A DNA stretch of 46,049 bases from Candidatus Zipacnadia bacterium (GTDB lineage Bacteria > Armatimonadota > Zipacnadia > Zipacnadales > Zipacnadaceae), in assembly GCA_029821455.1 (NCBI GenBank), contig JALGTI010000007.1, forward strand, positions 1 through 46,049. The letters are read 5' to 3'. The position numbers and the translations under genes are program-made. The notes below the pieces were generated by a model, which worked only from the letters and a program-made list of their open reading frames with translations, did no database searches and was not told where the DNA came from. Positions 8,278-18,613 of the stretch are shown in pieces; the first letter of the stretch is position 1; each line of letters begins with the position of its first letter.

Positions 8278-10428
8278 CTAGTAGGGCGTCCGCGGGTCGA
8301 TGTCAACATGCAGCGGCGGCTCGTGCAGGAAGTCCTCAGCGTACGCCGGATTGCCTGGCTGCTCTCGCCGCTGCAGCATCACTTCCACCGATTCGCCGGC
8401 GCCGGCGAGTACTGACTTGCCGTTGACGCTCACCGTTTGCGTTTGCTCTCCCAGGTTGTGTACTACCAGCGTTTGGGGGCGCACGGTGAAGAAGGACAGG
8501 GACATCTTTTCGCCGCTGCCCTCCCAGGCCTCCAACTCCACGCACTTGTCTTGTGCCGCCACCAGGACGTCCTCGAAGACGTACACTACCACCATCTCAT
8601 TTGCAGGCACCATGAGCTGGTCGCTCAGCCGTCCCGCGACCGACACCCTCACCGGCGCCCCGCAGTCCGGGTCGGTGTTCAGCAGGTACAGCACCTGTAC
8701 GCCGTCGGGCCTCTCATAGGTCGCATACCGCACACGATCGCTGCCGAGCAGGCGCACCTGGCCCTGCTCACCGGCTGAGACCAGCCGCAGCAGCTCCCGT
8801 GCCAACCCCAACACCGCCTCATCCGCAGGATACTCATGCAGCGTCATCAGCATCGCCACACCCTCTCCCAGCCGGTTTTCGACCAGGACCGGCTGGAGCG
8901 CGATCTGCTCCGCATCTGCGGCGAACAGCACGTCATGGCCGGCCAGTACCCGCCCCGTGGTCAGTTCCACCCGTCCTGGTGTGAAGTTGCCCAGGAACCT
9001 GGGGTCGCAGCCCACATCCGCCACCGGCAACCGGTACTCGGGCAGCGATGACTGCTCCAGGAACTTCACGCCCCGCACATCCCTGGCCTCTTCGCCCGTG
9101 ATGCGCAGGCCGAACAGGTCGCTGAAGTCCCCTCCCCGGTACAGTCTCGGCTCAGCGCCACGGTCATCGTCCTCACGGAGCTGGGGCAGGAACATCAGCA
9201 GGTGCCCTCCACCGGCTACGAAGGATTTCAACTTGTGGTAGGTATCGTCTGTCATGGTGTTCCAGCCTACAAACACCAGGCAGCCGTACTGTTTCAGCGT
9301 GTTCTCGTCCGCTTCGATGGGCACAATGTCGTACTGCCCGTACGGTGGATTGCCCGACCAGTCGTGTTCGCCTTGGACGGTGTACGTGTTCCATTCCGCC
9401 TTGCGGTGCAGCCCATCCACCAGTTCCCAGCCCCACTCGGGCGGCCCTGCCAGCCACTTACTGTCATGGAACTGGCCCCAGGCATAGGGATTCCACAGCC
9501 CGGGAGCGCCGTCACCGTAGCCTGAGACGATACCAAGGCGCACCTTCGGCCCACCCGGCGGGCGGGTGTGCACGAGAGAGAACTGGTAGGCTTCACGCAG
9601 TATCTGCCGCGAGCGGAGCATCTGCTCACTGAGCGGTTCGTAGTACTTCTGCGTCTGGTGCTCGCTCAGCGCCAGGTGGCCGCTTTCGGGGTAGATGAAT
9701 TCTGAGCCGGTCAGGTAACAGTGGTATAGACTGACCTTCCACCGTTTCAGCCACAGCTCATCAACCGTCACCCCGCCGTACCAGCCCATCGCTATGTGCG
9801 TTCCCCATGGCTTGTGGTACGCTCTCGCAGCCCCCCGAATTGCCGCCTGCATGCGGTGCGGGTCCCCCGGCAGGGCCTCATGGCATAGTACGTCAATTCC
9901 GGCCTCGGCGTGGTACTTGAACACCAAGCCGGATTCTACGTTCATCAGCGGTCCCTCGCTGACGCTTTCGCATTCATATTCAATGAAGTCACGCAGGTAG
10001 TCCAGGTACGCCTGGTGGGCGTCAAGCATGGTCTCACAGGGCGGCAAGGCGCTATAGCCGCCCTCCCTGAACAAGTAGTGCTTGGGCCAGTACAGCACGC
10101 CCCCGGCCTCGCCGATGGTCATCCGCCCCCCGTAGAACTCTCCCGCCTCGGAGATGATCGCGCCAATTTGCTCTCTCGTAAGGCACTGCTCCCGCGCCAG
10201 TTGCTGCTTGCTTGGCCGCCACAGATCCTTGGTGCCACGGAATGTCAGTTCGGACAAGAACAGCACGATTTGCTGCTCGCGGCAGAAGCGGGCCATGGCC
10301 AGGCCTTCTTCGAGGTCATTGGGAAGGTCGCACAACACGCAATTGCCCAGCCGCAGCTTCTGTACTACCTGCAGGCCCTCGACTCCGGGCCCGGCGCTGG
10401 CACCAATCAGTACTCGGTTGCCGATCAT
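8278..10428 (-). CDS. Hypothetical protein, putative glycoside-hydrolase-like with a GATase1-like (beta-galactosidase trimerisation-type) middle domain
   Basis: Start at ATG 10428 behind ggaggaag. The ORF is 716 aa long and unbroken. The stretch CLVFVGWNTMTDDTYHKLKSFVAGGGHLLMF resembles the class I amidotransferase-like domain of GH42-type enzymes. Function is uncertain. Confidence 0.8.
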   Translation of the reverse strand: MIGNRVLIGASAGPGVEGLQVVQKLRLGNCVLCDLPNDLEEGLAMARFCREQQIVLFLSELTFRGTKDLWRPSKQQLAREQCLTREQIGAIISEAGEFYGGRMTIGEAGGVLYWPKHYLFREGGYSALPPCETMLDAHQAYLDYLRDFIEYECESVSEGPLMNVESGLVFKYHAEAGIDVLCHEALPGDPHRMQAAIRGAARAYHKPWGTHIAMGWYGGVTVDELWLKRWKVSLYHCYLTGSEFIYPESGHLALSEHQTQKYYEPLSEQMLRSRQILREAYQFSLVHTRPPGGPKVRLGIVSGYGDGAPGLWNPYAWGQFHDSKWLAGPPEWGWELVDGLHRKAEWNTYTVQGEHDWSGNPPYGQYDIVPIEADENTLKQYGCLVFVGWNTMTDDTYHKLKSFVAGGGHLLMFLPQLREDDDRGAEPRLYRGGDFSDLFGLRITGEEARDVRGVKFLEQSSLPEYRLPVADVGCDPRFLGNFTPGRVELTTGRVLAGHDVLFAADAEQIALQPVLVENRLGEGVAMLMTLHEYPADEAVLGLARELLRLVSAGEQGQVRLLGSDRVRYATYERPDGVQVLYLLNTDPDCGAPVRVSVAGRLSDQLMVPANEMVVVYVFEDVLVAAQDKCVELEAWEGSGEKMSLSFFTVRPQTLVVHNLGEQTQTVSVNGKSVLAGAGESVEVMLQRREQPGNPAYAEDFLHEPPLHVDIDPRTPY

Positions 10429-10591
10429 CGTCTTCCTCCGTGATATGGAAAGTGTGTGCATTCCCTGACCTGCCACCATCAGTGGCACCACTTGTCAAGT
10501 TAGACCGACCACTGCTACTCCTGCGCATCAGCCACCGACAGGAATCAGTGTTCGTTGAGGCATTCGGCGCGGGGCGACACCAGCGCCTCGG

Positions 10592-11647
10592 CTACTCCAG
10601 CGGCAGCGCCACGCGCCTGCCCTCTCGCGCCGACTGGTACGCGCCCAGGATCATTCCGGTCGATATCTTGCCCTCGCGGGCCGTGACGGTCGGCTTGCCG
10701 GCGTTGTAGGCATCGATGATGTTACGCGCGACCGCCTGGATGCGCGCCCCCTGCCCCGAGGGAATCGCGATGCCCTGATCCTGCCAGCCCTTCTCCCGCT
10801 CCAGGCTGTCGAAATAGCGTACGGCCACCGCGCCCTCGGGTATTGGCGCGGCAAATGAGGGAGCATCGCCGTAGTTCTGGATCACCACGCCCCGGTCGCC
10901 GTAGATCTCGGTAGTGTTCTCGCCCGCGTGCACGACTGAGCTGTTGAAGAGCATTCCCATCTCGCCGCCTGAGAAGCGGTAGACCGCCATGCCGGTGTCG
11001 TCGGGCGCACAGTCGGTCAGTACGTTGTCGATTTCGGCGATGACGCTGATGGGCTCCCCAAGCATCCAGAAGAAGAAGTCGGTCGCGTGTGAGGCGTCAT
11101 CCATCCACATGCCCATATTGGCCACGGGGTCGATATGCCACTTGCTCGGCCCGTTGATGAATCCCTCATTGAATAGCACAGGGATGCAGTGGCGGCGGCG
11201 CAGCATGCCGACCTTCCCCAGGTAACCCTCGTCGATGAGTTGCTTCATCCCGATGTTCGCCGGGTCGTAGCGCATCTGGAACGCCAGGGAGAAGAAGATA
11301 CCGTTGCGGTCCACTGCCTCGATGATGCGGTCGCAGTCGGCGAGGCTGAGTGCCATCGGCTTCTGCAGGACGACGTTCTTGCCCGCATCCGCGGCGGCGA
11401 CGGCGAGGTCGGCATGCTTGTTGGTCTCCGAGGCGATGAAGACCAACTCGATGTCCGGGTCGGCGAGCACATCCTCCACATGCGGTGTGAACGTTGCGCC
11501 GAACTTCTCCGCGGCGCCCTCCCCGCGCTCGACGGTATCATCCCAGATGCGCAGGATCTCCGCATCGTCGAAGTTGACTATCTCCTGCGAGTAGCTGCCA
11601 ACGTGACCATGTGCGTAGCTGAGTACACCGATGCCGATCTTGCTCAT
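10592..11647 (-). CDS. Gfo/Idh/MocA family oxidoreductase
   Basis: ATG at 11647 behind ggaggg. It has an N-terminal Rossmann segment (IGIGVLSYAHGHVGS) and a VFIASETNKHADLAVAAADAGKNVVLQKP (EKP-type) motif. Confidence 0.9.
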   Translation of the reverse strand: MSKIGIGVLSYAHGHVGSYSQEIVNFDDAEILRIWDDTVERGEGAAEKFGATFTPHVEDVLADPDIELVFIASETNKHADLAVAAADAGKNVVLQKPMALSLADCDRIIEAVDRNGIFFSLAFQMRYDPANIGMKQLIDEGYLGKVGMLRRRHCIPVLFNEGFINGPSKWHIDPVANMGMWMDDASHATDFFFWMLGEPISVIAEIDNVLTDCAPDDTGMAVYRFSGGEMGMLFNSSVVHAGENTTEIYGDRGVVIQNYGDAPSFAAPIPEGAVAVRYFDSLEREKGWQDQGIAIPSGQGARIQAVARNIIDAYNAGKPTVTAREGKISTGMILGAYQSAREGRRVALPLE

Positions 11648-11886
11648 TGCAATCCCTCCGGATGCGTGCTGGTTCGTGACATTGCGTCTGGCCGGAGCGT
11701 ATTCGCCGTGGGGTGGGGGAATGCCTTCGAGGACTTGAGTGAGGATGGGGCGGCGGGCCACCAACGGCTTCGCTGGCGTCCGTCGACTCTCCCTGATGAC
11801 CATATAGTGGTGACTATAGTAATCGTGACAGGGCCCTCATAGTAACACCATAGTGCTCACACGAAATGCCGTGGGCAGGTGTTCCG

Positions 11887-11938
11887 AACCCCGAATCCTG
11901 GTCCACTTGGCATGAGAGTAGATGAAGGTCTGTGCTCT
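11887..11938 (+). repeat. 53-bp dispersed repeat, copy A
   Basis: The sequence aaccccgaatcctggtccacttggcatgagagtagatgaaggtctgtgctct has 3 mismatches to copies B and C. Confidence 0.8.
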
Positions 11939-12466
11939 GAAGATGATGGCTGGAAATCGTGAAGCGGAAACGGTACACAGAGCCCCAGATTGTCTTCGCT
12001 CCGCAACGTTCGACGGGCCGGCAGGACCAACGCAACCGAGTCGCCAACTGATGCGCGAGTATCAGCCGATTGGTCAATGAAGCGACCCGGCTCGTGTTGC
12101 GCCACTTGAGCGCACCCAGTGTGGAAACCAGCGCGGGCAAAATCATCGCCTTCGAGGACGAAGCGGGGGGACGGCACATCATAGTGGCGGAAGACGCGCA
12201 TCCGTTCCCCGCCCGGGCGATCCAACCGGTCATCACCATCAATCTTCCTGATGTGGAGGTCAATAGCATCCGTTGTGAAAAGAAGTCCATGATCATATCG
12301 CGGGATGAACATGGCATCCGGTTGAGTTTGCCTCTCGACCCCGATGAGTTCGCGATCATCAGTCTGCAATAGGGACCAAAGGCACAGCCGTACGCGGGCC
12401 GGGGGCAGCCGCGTATTGCATCTGGTATGGTGTCCCCGGAACTGGGCTCCCGGGCGTGGGGTGCAT

Positions 12467-13738
12467 CTACCCCGCCAGCTCCACCACTTTCTCGGCGTTC
12501 TCGCTGACCTTGCGGAAGCCGTCGATGTAGAGTTCCATCAGCTCCATCGTGTTGGGCGGGTAGACGCCACCAAGGTAGGCGTGTGACGCGATGAACTCCT
12601 CCGTCAGCGGATAGGTCTCCTCGGTGTAGTCGACATTGCGGCCATGCGGGCAGGTCCATGGGCAGCCCTTGCCGTAGCCGACGCGGTCCATGAAGACATC
12701 CTGCGACGGCACCGGGCGGGTCTGCCATTGCCCAATAGCAATGCCCTCCGCGGCCAGCACCTTCTGCACGGCCTTCTTCCACTGCTCCGGCGTCAGGTCT
12801 AGACCGAGTTCCTCGGGCTTGAAGGTGACCACATAGCTGAAGTAGCACGGGTCGGCGTAGTCGGGCGTGTATGGGCCCTCGAAGCCGGGGATGTCGGCGA
12901 GTTCCTTCGTCAGGTAGGCGGCGAAGTCGCGTCGCTTGGAGTTGTTGTAGTCTAGGCGCTCAAGCTGGCTGAGGATGAAGGCATTAATAAACTCATGCGG
13001 GCGGTACATCCAGCCGAGGCCGTAAGCGTTGTACTCGCGCGGGCCGGTCGCGGCGACGACCTCCCCGAACTCACGTAGCTTGGCCGCGCGGGCTACGAAC
13101 TCCTCATTGTCGGTGTTCCACAGGCCGCCCTCGCCGCCCGAGAGGTTCTTCGAGCGATTGCAACTGAAGCAGCCGATGTCACCCAGCGCGCCCGTCTTCA
13201 CGCCCTTGTAGGTCGCGCCATGGGCCTGGCAGGCATCCTCGATGACGAGCAGGTCGTGCTTTGCGGCAATCTCCTTGATCGCGTCAATGTCGGCAACCAT
13301 GCCGTGGATGTGTACCGGCAGGATTGCCTTCGTGTGCTCGTTGACGCGCTCCTCGATGAGCGCCGGATCCATCGTGTATGTCTTCGGGTCAATGTCAACG
13401 AATATGGGGACGGCGTTGTGGTGCAGGATCGCCGCAGCGGTTGACCAGTAGGTGAATGCGCTGGTGATGACCTCATCGCCGGGGCCGATGCCCGCAGCTG
13501 CCACGCCCATATGCAGCGACGCCGTGCCGCTGTTGGTCACGAGCGCGTACTTGGTGCCGACATAGTCGGCCCACTTCTCCTGCAACTCCAGCGCCTTCGG
13601 GGCCGACGTGCCATGGAGATGACCGCTGTCGAAGATGCCCAGCACAGCGTCGCGATCAGCCTGGTTCAGCGGCGGCCACGCCTGTACCATATCCTCCGGA
13701 ACGATGCGGCTCCCACCCTCAATAGCGAATTGTGACAT
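12467..13738 (-). CDS. DegT/DnrJ/EryC1/StrS family PLP-dependent aminotransferase
   Basis: ATG at 13738 behind aggagg. Motifs seen: NSGTASLHMGVAAAGIGPGDEVITSAFTYWSTA, FVDIDPKTYTMDP, and the PLP-lysine context FSCNRSKNLSGGEGG. Confidence 0.9.
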   Translation of the reverse strand: MSQFAIEGGSRIVPEDMVQAWPPLNQADRDAVLGIFDSGHLHGTSAPKALELQEKWADYVGTKYALVTNSGTASLHMGVAAAGIGPGDEVITSAFTYWSTAAAILHHNAVPIFVDIDPKTYTMDPALIEERVNEHTKAILPVHIHGMVADIDAIKEIAAKHDLLVIEDACQAHGATYKGVKTGALGDIGCFSCNRSKNLSGGEGGLWNTDNEEFVARAAKLREFGEVVAATGPREYNAYGLGWMYRPHEFINAFILSQLERLDYNNSKRRDFAAYLTKELADIPGFEGPYTPDYADPCYFSYVVTFKPEELGLDLTPEQWKKAVQKVLAAEGIAIGQWQTRPVPSQDVFMDRVGYGKGCPWTCPHGRNVDYTEETYPLTEEFIASHAYLGGVYPPNTMELMELYIDGFRKVSENAEKVVELAG

Positions 13739-14016
13739 TTGTTGCCTCCTATGGAAAATGCTATGTGTGCGTAGGTTGTTCTCGTGTTTGGTTGTGTGCT
13801 GCTGCGCTCGGGTCGGGCAGTTCATGGCCCCACCACTCAATGCGAATCCGTGGGGCAGGCATCCGGGGCTCGAAGAGACCCAATGCCTGCCGGTGTTCAC
13901 CGCACGACCTCACGGCCACAGGCTCTGCGTCGCTTCGCTCCGCAGAAGCCTGCGCCACGGGCACGCGAGTAGGGCGCTCGTCACTGGGCTCGGCGGCCAG
14001 TCAAGCCCCCGCCCCC

Positions 14017-15153
14017 TCACCACTCGATCTCGGGGACTTCCTGCACCGCGCCGCCGTTGCGCATTGAGTCGGCGCCGGCACAGCCTGCAGCCACGCTCAT
14101 CCGACCGGCAACCGGCGTGGCCAGCGGGGCCTTGCCCTCCAGGACCATGTCCAGGAAGTCGTTGCAGATAACAGGATCGGCGCCGGCATGGCCGCCCATG
14201 GCCGGGCGGATATCATAGGTGCGGTCGGCGAGTTCCTTCCAGCCACCGGATCGCCGCATCTTCACACATACCTTCATCTCCGGCAACGAATTCTCCAAAC
14301 GCCCCTCGGTGCCGATAATCGTGTAGCTGCGGTGGTAGTCCGGTGTGAAATGGCACTGGAGATAGGAAGCCTTGATGCCGCCATCGAGTTCCATGATCAT
14401 AACGTTGTTGTCCTCGACCTCGACCTCCTGGCGGAAGGCGCACTGGTTGCGGCGGTTGTCGCTGAACTCGAAGCAGGCATCCGCTTCATCGCAGGCATCG
14501 CAATGCAGGCCGTTAGGCTTGTCGCCGCCGAAGAAGTCCAACCCGCCGAAGGCCGCCACCCGCTTCGTGTATTGCCCCGTCAGCCAGTGGATCATGTCGA
14601 TGTCATGGCTGCCCTTCTGCAGCAGCAGCGAGTTGCTGCCGGCTTTCGTGGCATGCCAATCCTGGTAGTAGAAGTTGCAGCCGTGCCCGACGAAGTGCCG
14701 GCACCACGCAGCCTTGATCTCGCCGATGGTTCCAGTATCGATGATCTCCTTCATCACGCGGAAGATGTTCATATAGCGCATGTTGAAGCCGACCATCAGC
14801 TCTTTCCCGGATGCCTTCCAGGTGCGCAGAATGTGGTCACAGCCATCGGTGGTAATGGCGAACGGCTTCTCGCAGAACACGTGCTTGCCGGCTTCGAGCG
14901 CCGCAACGGCGTGCTCCTCATGGACGAAGTCAGGTGAGGTGACGGCGATTGCGTCTACATCGCTGCGGTCGAGCAACTCGCGGTAATCGAGCGTGGTGAA
15001 GACGTCTTCACCCATCGGCTCGCGGAAATCGGCAAGGGCTTCGTCATGCACGTCCGCCCCGCCGACGATGATGGCTCGCTCACTGTCGCGCCATGAGTTG
15101 GCGATAGCTCCACGACCGCAGACGCCGATGACGCCGATACGTAACTTATCCAC
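14017..15153 (-). CDS. Gfo/Idh/MocA family oxidoreductase
   Basis: GTG at 15153, 8 nt after aaggagg. Motifs seen: LRIGVIGVCGRG and VTSPDFVHEEHAVAALEAGKHVFCEKP. The ORF-track N-terminal extension has no support. Confidence 0.85.
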   Translation of the reverse strand: MDKLRIGVIGVCGRGAIANSWRDSERAIIVGGADVHDEALADFREPMGEDVFTTLDYRELLDRSDVDAIAVTSPDFVHEEHAVAALEAGKHVFCEKPFAITTDGCDHILRTWKASGKELMVGFNMRYMNIFRVMKEIIDTGTIGEIKAAWCRHFVGHGCNFYYQDWHATKAGSNSLLLQKGSHDIDMIHWLTGQYTKRVAAFGGLDFFGGDKPNGLHCDACDEADACFEFSDNRRNQCAFRQEVEVEDNNVMIMELDGGIKASYLQCHFTPDYHRSYTIIGTEGRLENSLPEMKVCVKMRRSGGWKELADRTYDIRPAMGGHAGADPVICNDFLDMVLEGKAPLATPVAGRMSVAAGCAGADSMRNGGAVQEVPEIEW

Positions 15154-15382
15154 TGGCAACGTCCTCCTTGCTGAGTTAGGAACGGGCGTTGGGGGGTGTT
15201 TCGCTATCCGCCGGGGGAAGCCTGCGCGGCGCTCCCGGGACAGGTCGCGATGGTCAATTGAGATGCGTGGGCCGGACCCAGCAGGGGCGGGATGCGGCCC
15301 CCTCAACACCATGGCTCCGTACAAGCTCGTCCCTACGGGCGCATGGACAATCGTGAGCCGGCACACATGCCTGTGCATGGCG

Positions 15383-18361
15383 TCAGTGCTGGTTCAGGTT
15401 GATGTCGTAGCTTGCCCCGTGCTCGCAGAGAATCTCCAGGACCGTCTCCGCCGCATCTGCTGACGCGATGCGGACCTTCTCGTCCGCGTCCGGCAGCTTC
15501 CAGGCGCAAACGGTTGCCGTCGCCTCCAGCAGCCGCCAGGCCCCGCGAAGGGTGACACGCAGGGGCTGCGGCTGGTTCACCCCTTTTTCCAGGTTCAGGT
15601 CGGGGTCAGCCACGCTCAGAGCCAAGTGCCCGTCCCGCACCGCTTCGGCCATGATGAGGCACGGCCGGTCAACCGCTTTGATCGGGAGCGTCTCAGTGCC
15701 GACTGACTGCGGATCGACCTCCTGGGCGACAAAGAACACACAGCTCCATCGGCGAGCAGCGGTGTGCCAGACGATGTGGGCGGCTTGGTCGCGCTGAATG
15801 ACCCGGTAAGGCGGTCCGGCGGCAAGCTTCTCCATCGCCTCAGGGGTCGCCCGAACTACCAACATGTACTCGTAGCCTGCCGTGGTGGGGGTCTTGCCGT
15901 GGTCAATCCAGGCAGTCAGAAAATCCCCTTCGCTGTCCTCCAAGCCGAGCTGGTCCAGGCTCATTTGGCGCTTACGTGCCACAGTTACATTCTGCCCCGC
16001 GGGCAGGTAATAGCCAGTCTCCTGAACATCGAGAAACCAATGCGGGTTCGCTTCGTCAAGCGTTCGCTGCTCCGGGAAGGAGGTGAACTCAGCCCCATCA
16101 AGGCGGGTGGGGATGAACTCGCCCTGCTCGCTTTTTGGAAGGCGTTTCTGGCAGAGAGTTGTCTGGACAGGATACTCCGCCTCGTCGCAAGAGATGTCGG
16201 AACCCAGGCAGAGGATCTGCTCGTCATTGAAGAACCAGCTCTTTCTTCCTGTGAGGGTCTTGTTGTCGAGCAGGGGCTGGTTCAGAATCATGGCGAAGAT
16301 GCCCTGGCGGCCCTGATATGAGAGCCCGCCCACGAAAGTCTCGGGCGAGTACACCCGGCCGCGAGAACGCCAGGCTTTGTCTATCTCTTCCAACGGAAGG
16401 TAAGGGACGGTGGTGCCCTCGAATCGTCGCCAGTCCCAACCAAGCTCCTCGCGGCCACTTGCTTCTGCGCTGACGGGAGTTCCGCCAGCCAGGATCTCCA
16501 AATTCCCCAGGCCCTGGAAAAGCCCGCAGCAGTTGCGTTGGGCCTGTCGCTCACTCCCCCAGATGTACTTGCTCTGGCCCTTGAGGCTGGCAAGCCAGTT
16601 GTCGCGGCGATGGCACAGCAGACCGGCGTATGGCATCACGAAAGTCCCATTCGGCGCCGGCTCCGGCTTGATGCCAAGACTGCTATATGGTTCATTGTTG
16701 ACTGCTTCGGGCACCAGGCGCAGATACGCTGCCGCTACTTCCCGATCAATCGCCTGCTTTCCATCGGGCGTTCCAAGGCGCGCCAGAGCGTCCAGTCCTC
16801 GCAGTCCTGACGGACGGATGACGCCATAACCAGCCGTGAATGGACTACGACCTTTGAGCGCGAGCGGCAAATCAAGCTGATTGGCGTAGAAGCGCTGTGC
16901 GAGCATTGCTCGGCGGAGCCGCTCATGCGCTTCAGCGCTCAGACGCCAGGGCGTGTCGCTTAGCTCCTGGAACAGTGGAGGCAAGGTTCCGAAGGCGTTC
17001 TGGGCATAGGAATGATAGTGACCGCTGTGATGGTACGCGGAACCGTCAATCTTGAGGGTGCTTGTTGGCTGCAGCATTGAGCGCTCTAACATCGCACTAA
17101 AGGCATTCAGCCAGCGGACCTGCTCGGCCGGCTCAACCTGCATGAGACACTGGCGCAGCAGGCGGGGAACGGTAAGGTGGTAGAAATCCATGTGGGAGGG
17201 CGCCTTGCCCTCGGCGAAGATCGCGCTGCCGCCGTAGGTGTAGAGAAGGAAGTCACGGTGGGGCTGCAATCGCCCCGTCTCTGCAAGCACGTCGCGCATC
17301 AGGAAGACGGCGTCCGCCCACGCCCCTCCGTACCACCAACTCCACCGGAACCCGGATCCTGCCTGCAGCGCCTGGTCATGGAGATGGTCTGCAATAAGCA
17401 GGAAGGCTTCAGCCAGTCGGCGGCGTTGTTGTGCATCATTGCTGGCCCGATATGCCTTGGCGACCTTACGGGCAAGGTAGCTCATGGACGCAGGGGTCTG
17501 CATGCCAAACGACTTGGGGCCGTGCTCGTCCGGCCACCACTCAAGATCCTTGATTCCCTGTTCGCCTGCTGCGGCCAAATACTGTAAGTGGGCGTCAATA
17601 CCGGGGCCACGCACGCCGTGCTCATCGCGCACAATGCCAAGCACCTTGACCTTATCACAAAGGGCCTTCACCTGTGCTTCCTCAATGCCTGGCCCTTCAT
17701 CGGGACCCAACAGCTTGCGGATGCCAGCCAGTTCGGCCTCAGTGACGCGCTCGGGCTTGGGGAAGCGCTGCTCGTCCGGCACCGGGGGCCGCCACTGGGC
17801 CAGCTTTTCAGGGATGAGCGCACCAGCCGGAGAGGTGAGCGCGTTATACTTGATGAAATCCAGAAACACAGTCCCTTTCGCCACCTGGCTCGGCGCGACG
17901 ATGCGGATGTTGTCCACCTCCGTCGTCGGCTTGCCGTCCGGGAAAGCGTGATAGTAAGGACGCCCCTGCCGCCAGCCGGTGAACTCCAGCGGGAACCGGA
18001 AGGAGCCGGTGACTTCCTCGCCCTCCCGGAACTCAAAGACCAGCGCATCTGAAATTGGCTCTTCCATGTACACCCACACGGCGAAGCAGGCCCTGCAACG
18101 GAAGCCACCGACGCGAGCGACATCCCCGATGCCGTGGTGGATGACCAACTGCTCCCCCTTGGACCAATCCCAGCGCAACGAATTGCTGCCCTGCTTGCTG
18201 TGCCACGGACTGATGCTCAAACTCTCCGCTCGGGTCGCCGCGAAGTAAGGCGGCACGCCGTCCTCGAACGACTCGTAGTACTCGCCCTGCTGGCCCGAGG
18301 CCATGGTACAGGCAGCCAAGACAAACGTGAAGACCATGACCATTGTACTCATGTTACTCAT
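15383..18361 (-). CDS. Secreted polysaccharide lyase, chondroitinase-ABC-like (PL8-type)
   Basis: Start at ATG 18361 behind gggggag, followed by the signal peptide MSNMSTMVMVFTFVLAACTMASG. The stretches DGSAYHHSGHYHSYAQNAF and GWDWRRFEGTTVPYLP resemble the catalytic His/Tyr region and the GWDWNR.PG.T region of chondroitin ABC lyases. Confidence 0.75.
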   Translation of the reverse strand: MSNMSTMVMVFTFVLAACTMASGQQGEYYESFEDGVPPYFAATRAESLSISPWHSKQGSNSLRWDWSKGEQLVIHHGIGDVARVGGFRCRACFAVWVYMEEPISDALVFEFREGEEVTGSFRFPLEFTGWRQGRPYYHAFPDGKPTTEVDNIRIVAPSQVAKGTVFLDFIKYNALTSPAGALIPEKLAQWRPPVPDEQRFPKPERVTEAELAGIRKLLGPDEGPGIEEAQVKALCDKVKVLGIVRDEHGVRGPGIDAHLQYLAAAGEQGIKDLEWWPDEHGPKSFGMQTPASMSYLARKVAKAYRASNDAQQRRRLAEAFLLIADHLHDQALQAGSGFRWSWWYGGAWADAVFLMRDVLAETGRLQPHRDFLLYTYGGSAIFAEGKAPSHMDFYHLTVPRLLRQCLMQVEPAEQVRWLNAFSAMLERSMLQPTSTLKIDGSAYHHSGHYHSYAQNAFGTLPPLFQELSDTPWRLSAEAHERLRRAMLAQRFYANQLDLPLALKGRSPFTAGYGVIRPSGLRGLDALARLGTPDGKQAIDREVAAAYLRLVPEAVNNEPYSSLGIKPEPAPNGTFVMPYAGLLCHRRDNWLASLKGQSKYIWGSERQAQRNCCGLFQGLGNLEILAGGTPVSAEASGREELGWDWRRFEGTTVPYLPLEEIDKAWRSRGRVYSPETFVGGLSYQGRQGIFAMILNQPLLDNKTLTGRKSWFFNDEQILCLGSDISCDEAEYPVQTTLCQKRLPKSEQGEFIPTRLDGAEFTSFPEQRTLDEANPHWFLDVQETGYYLPAGQNVTVARKRQMSLDQLGLEDSEGDFLTAWIDHGKTPTTAGYEYMLVVRATPEAMEKLAAGPPYRVIQRDQAAHIVWHTAARRWSCVFFVAQEVDPQSVGTETLPIKAVDRPCLIMAEAVRDGHLALSVADPDLNLEKGVNQPQPLRVTLRGAWRLLEATATVCAWKLPDADEKVRIASADAAETVLEILCEHGASYDINLNQH

Positions 18362-18613
18362 CTCCCCCTGCCGCGATTGCTGCCCGAACTCCACCGGCGT
18401 CAGATAGCCCAACGAACTGTGCGGTCGCACCGCATAATAATGCCTTCGCCAGCGCTCGATGAGTACCTGCGCCTCTTTGAGTGTGTAGAAGCTCTCCCCG
18501 TTGAGCAACTCGTCGCGCAGCTTGCCATTCAACCATTCGATGTACCCATTTTCCCGTGGGCTTCCCGGTTCGATGAACAACGTTTTGACTTCCAACCGCC
18601 GCCATTCTGACAC
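18362..18613 (-). pseudogene. rve-type transposase C-terminal remnant (IS3-like orfB tail)
   Basis: The translation is LFIEPGSPRENGYIEWLNGKLRDELLNGESFYTLKEAQVLIERWRRHYYAVRPHSSLGYLTPVEF. It has no upstream catalytic core. It happens to be in frame with the lyase, so the ORF track fuses the two. Confidence 0.8.

Noticed and set aside
12070-12372. 100-codon ORF (TTG start) in the DegT-Gfo intergenic gap as a real gene.
   Set aside because: It has no RBS and a stop lies immediately upstream. It has no recognisable family and sits amid repeat debris. It is more likely the tail of a destroyed gene, so it is mentioned only in the gap finding.
13854-13891. 9-bp inverted repeat (ggcaggcat ... atgcctgcc) with a 20-nt loop between the Gfo gene stop and the DegT gene start, as a terminator or attenuator.
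   Set aside because: There is no U-tract on the transcribed (minus) strand and the loop is large. It may be a protein-binding palindrome or chance, so there is too little evidence for a feature call.
18362-18613. Taking the full 1076-aa ORF 15383..18613 as the lyase gene.
   Set aside because: The first 84 codons are a transposase tail unrelated to the lyase. An internal ATG at 18361 has its own RBS and a signal peptide.
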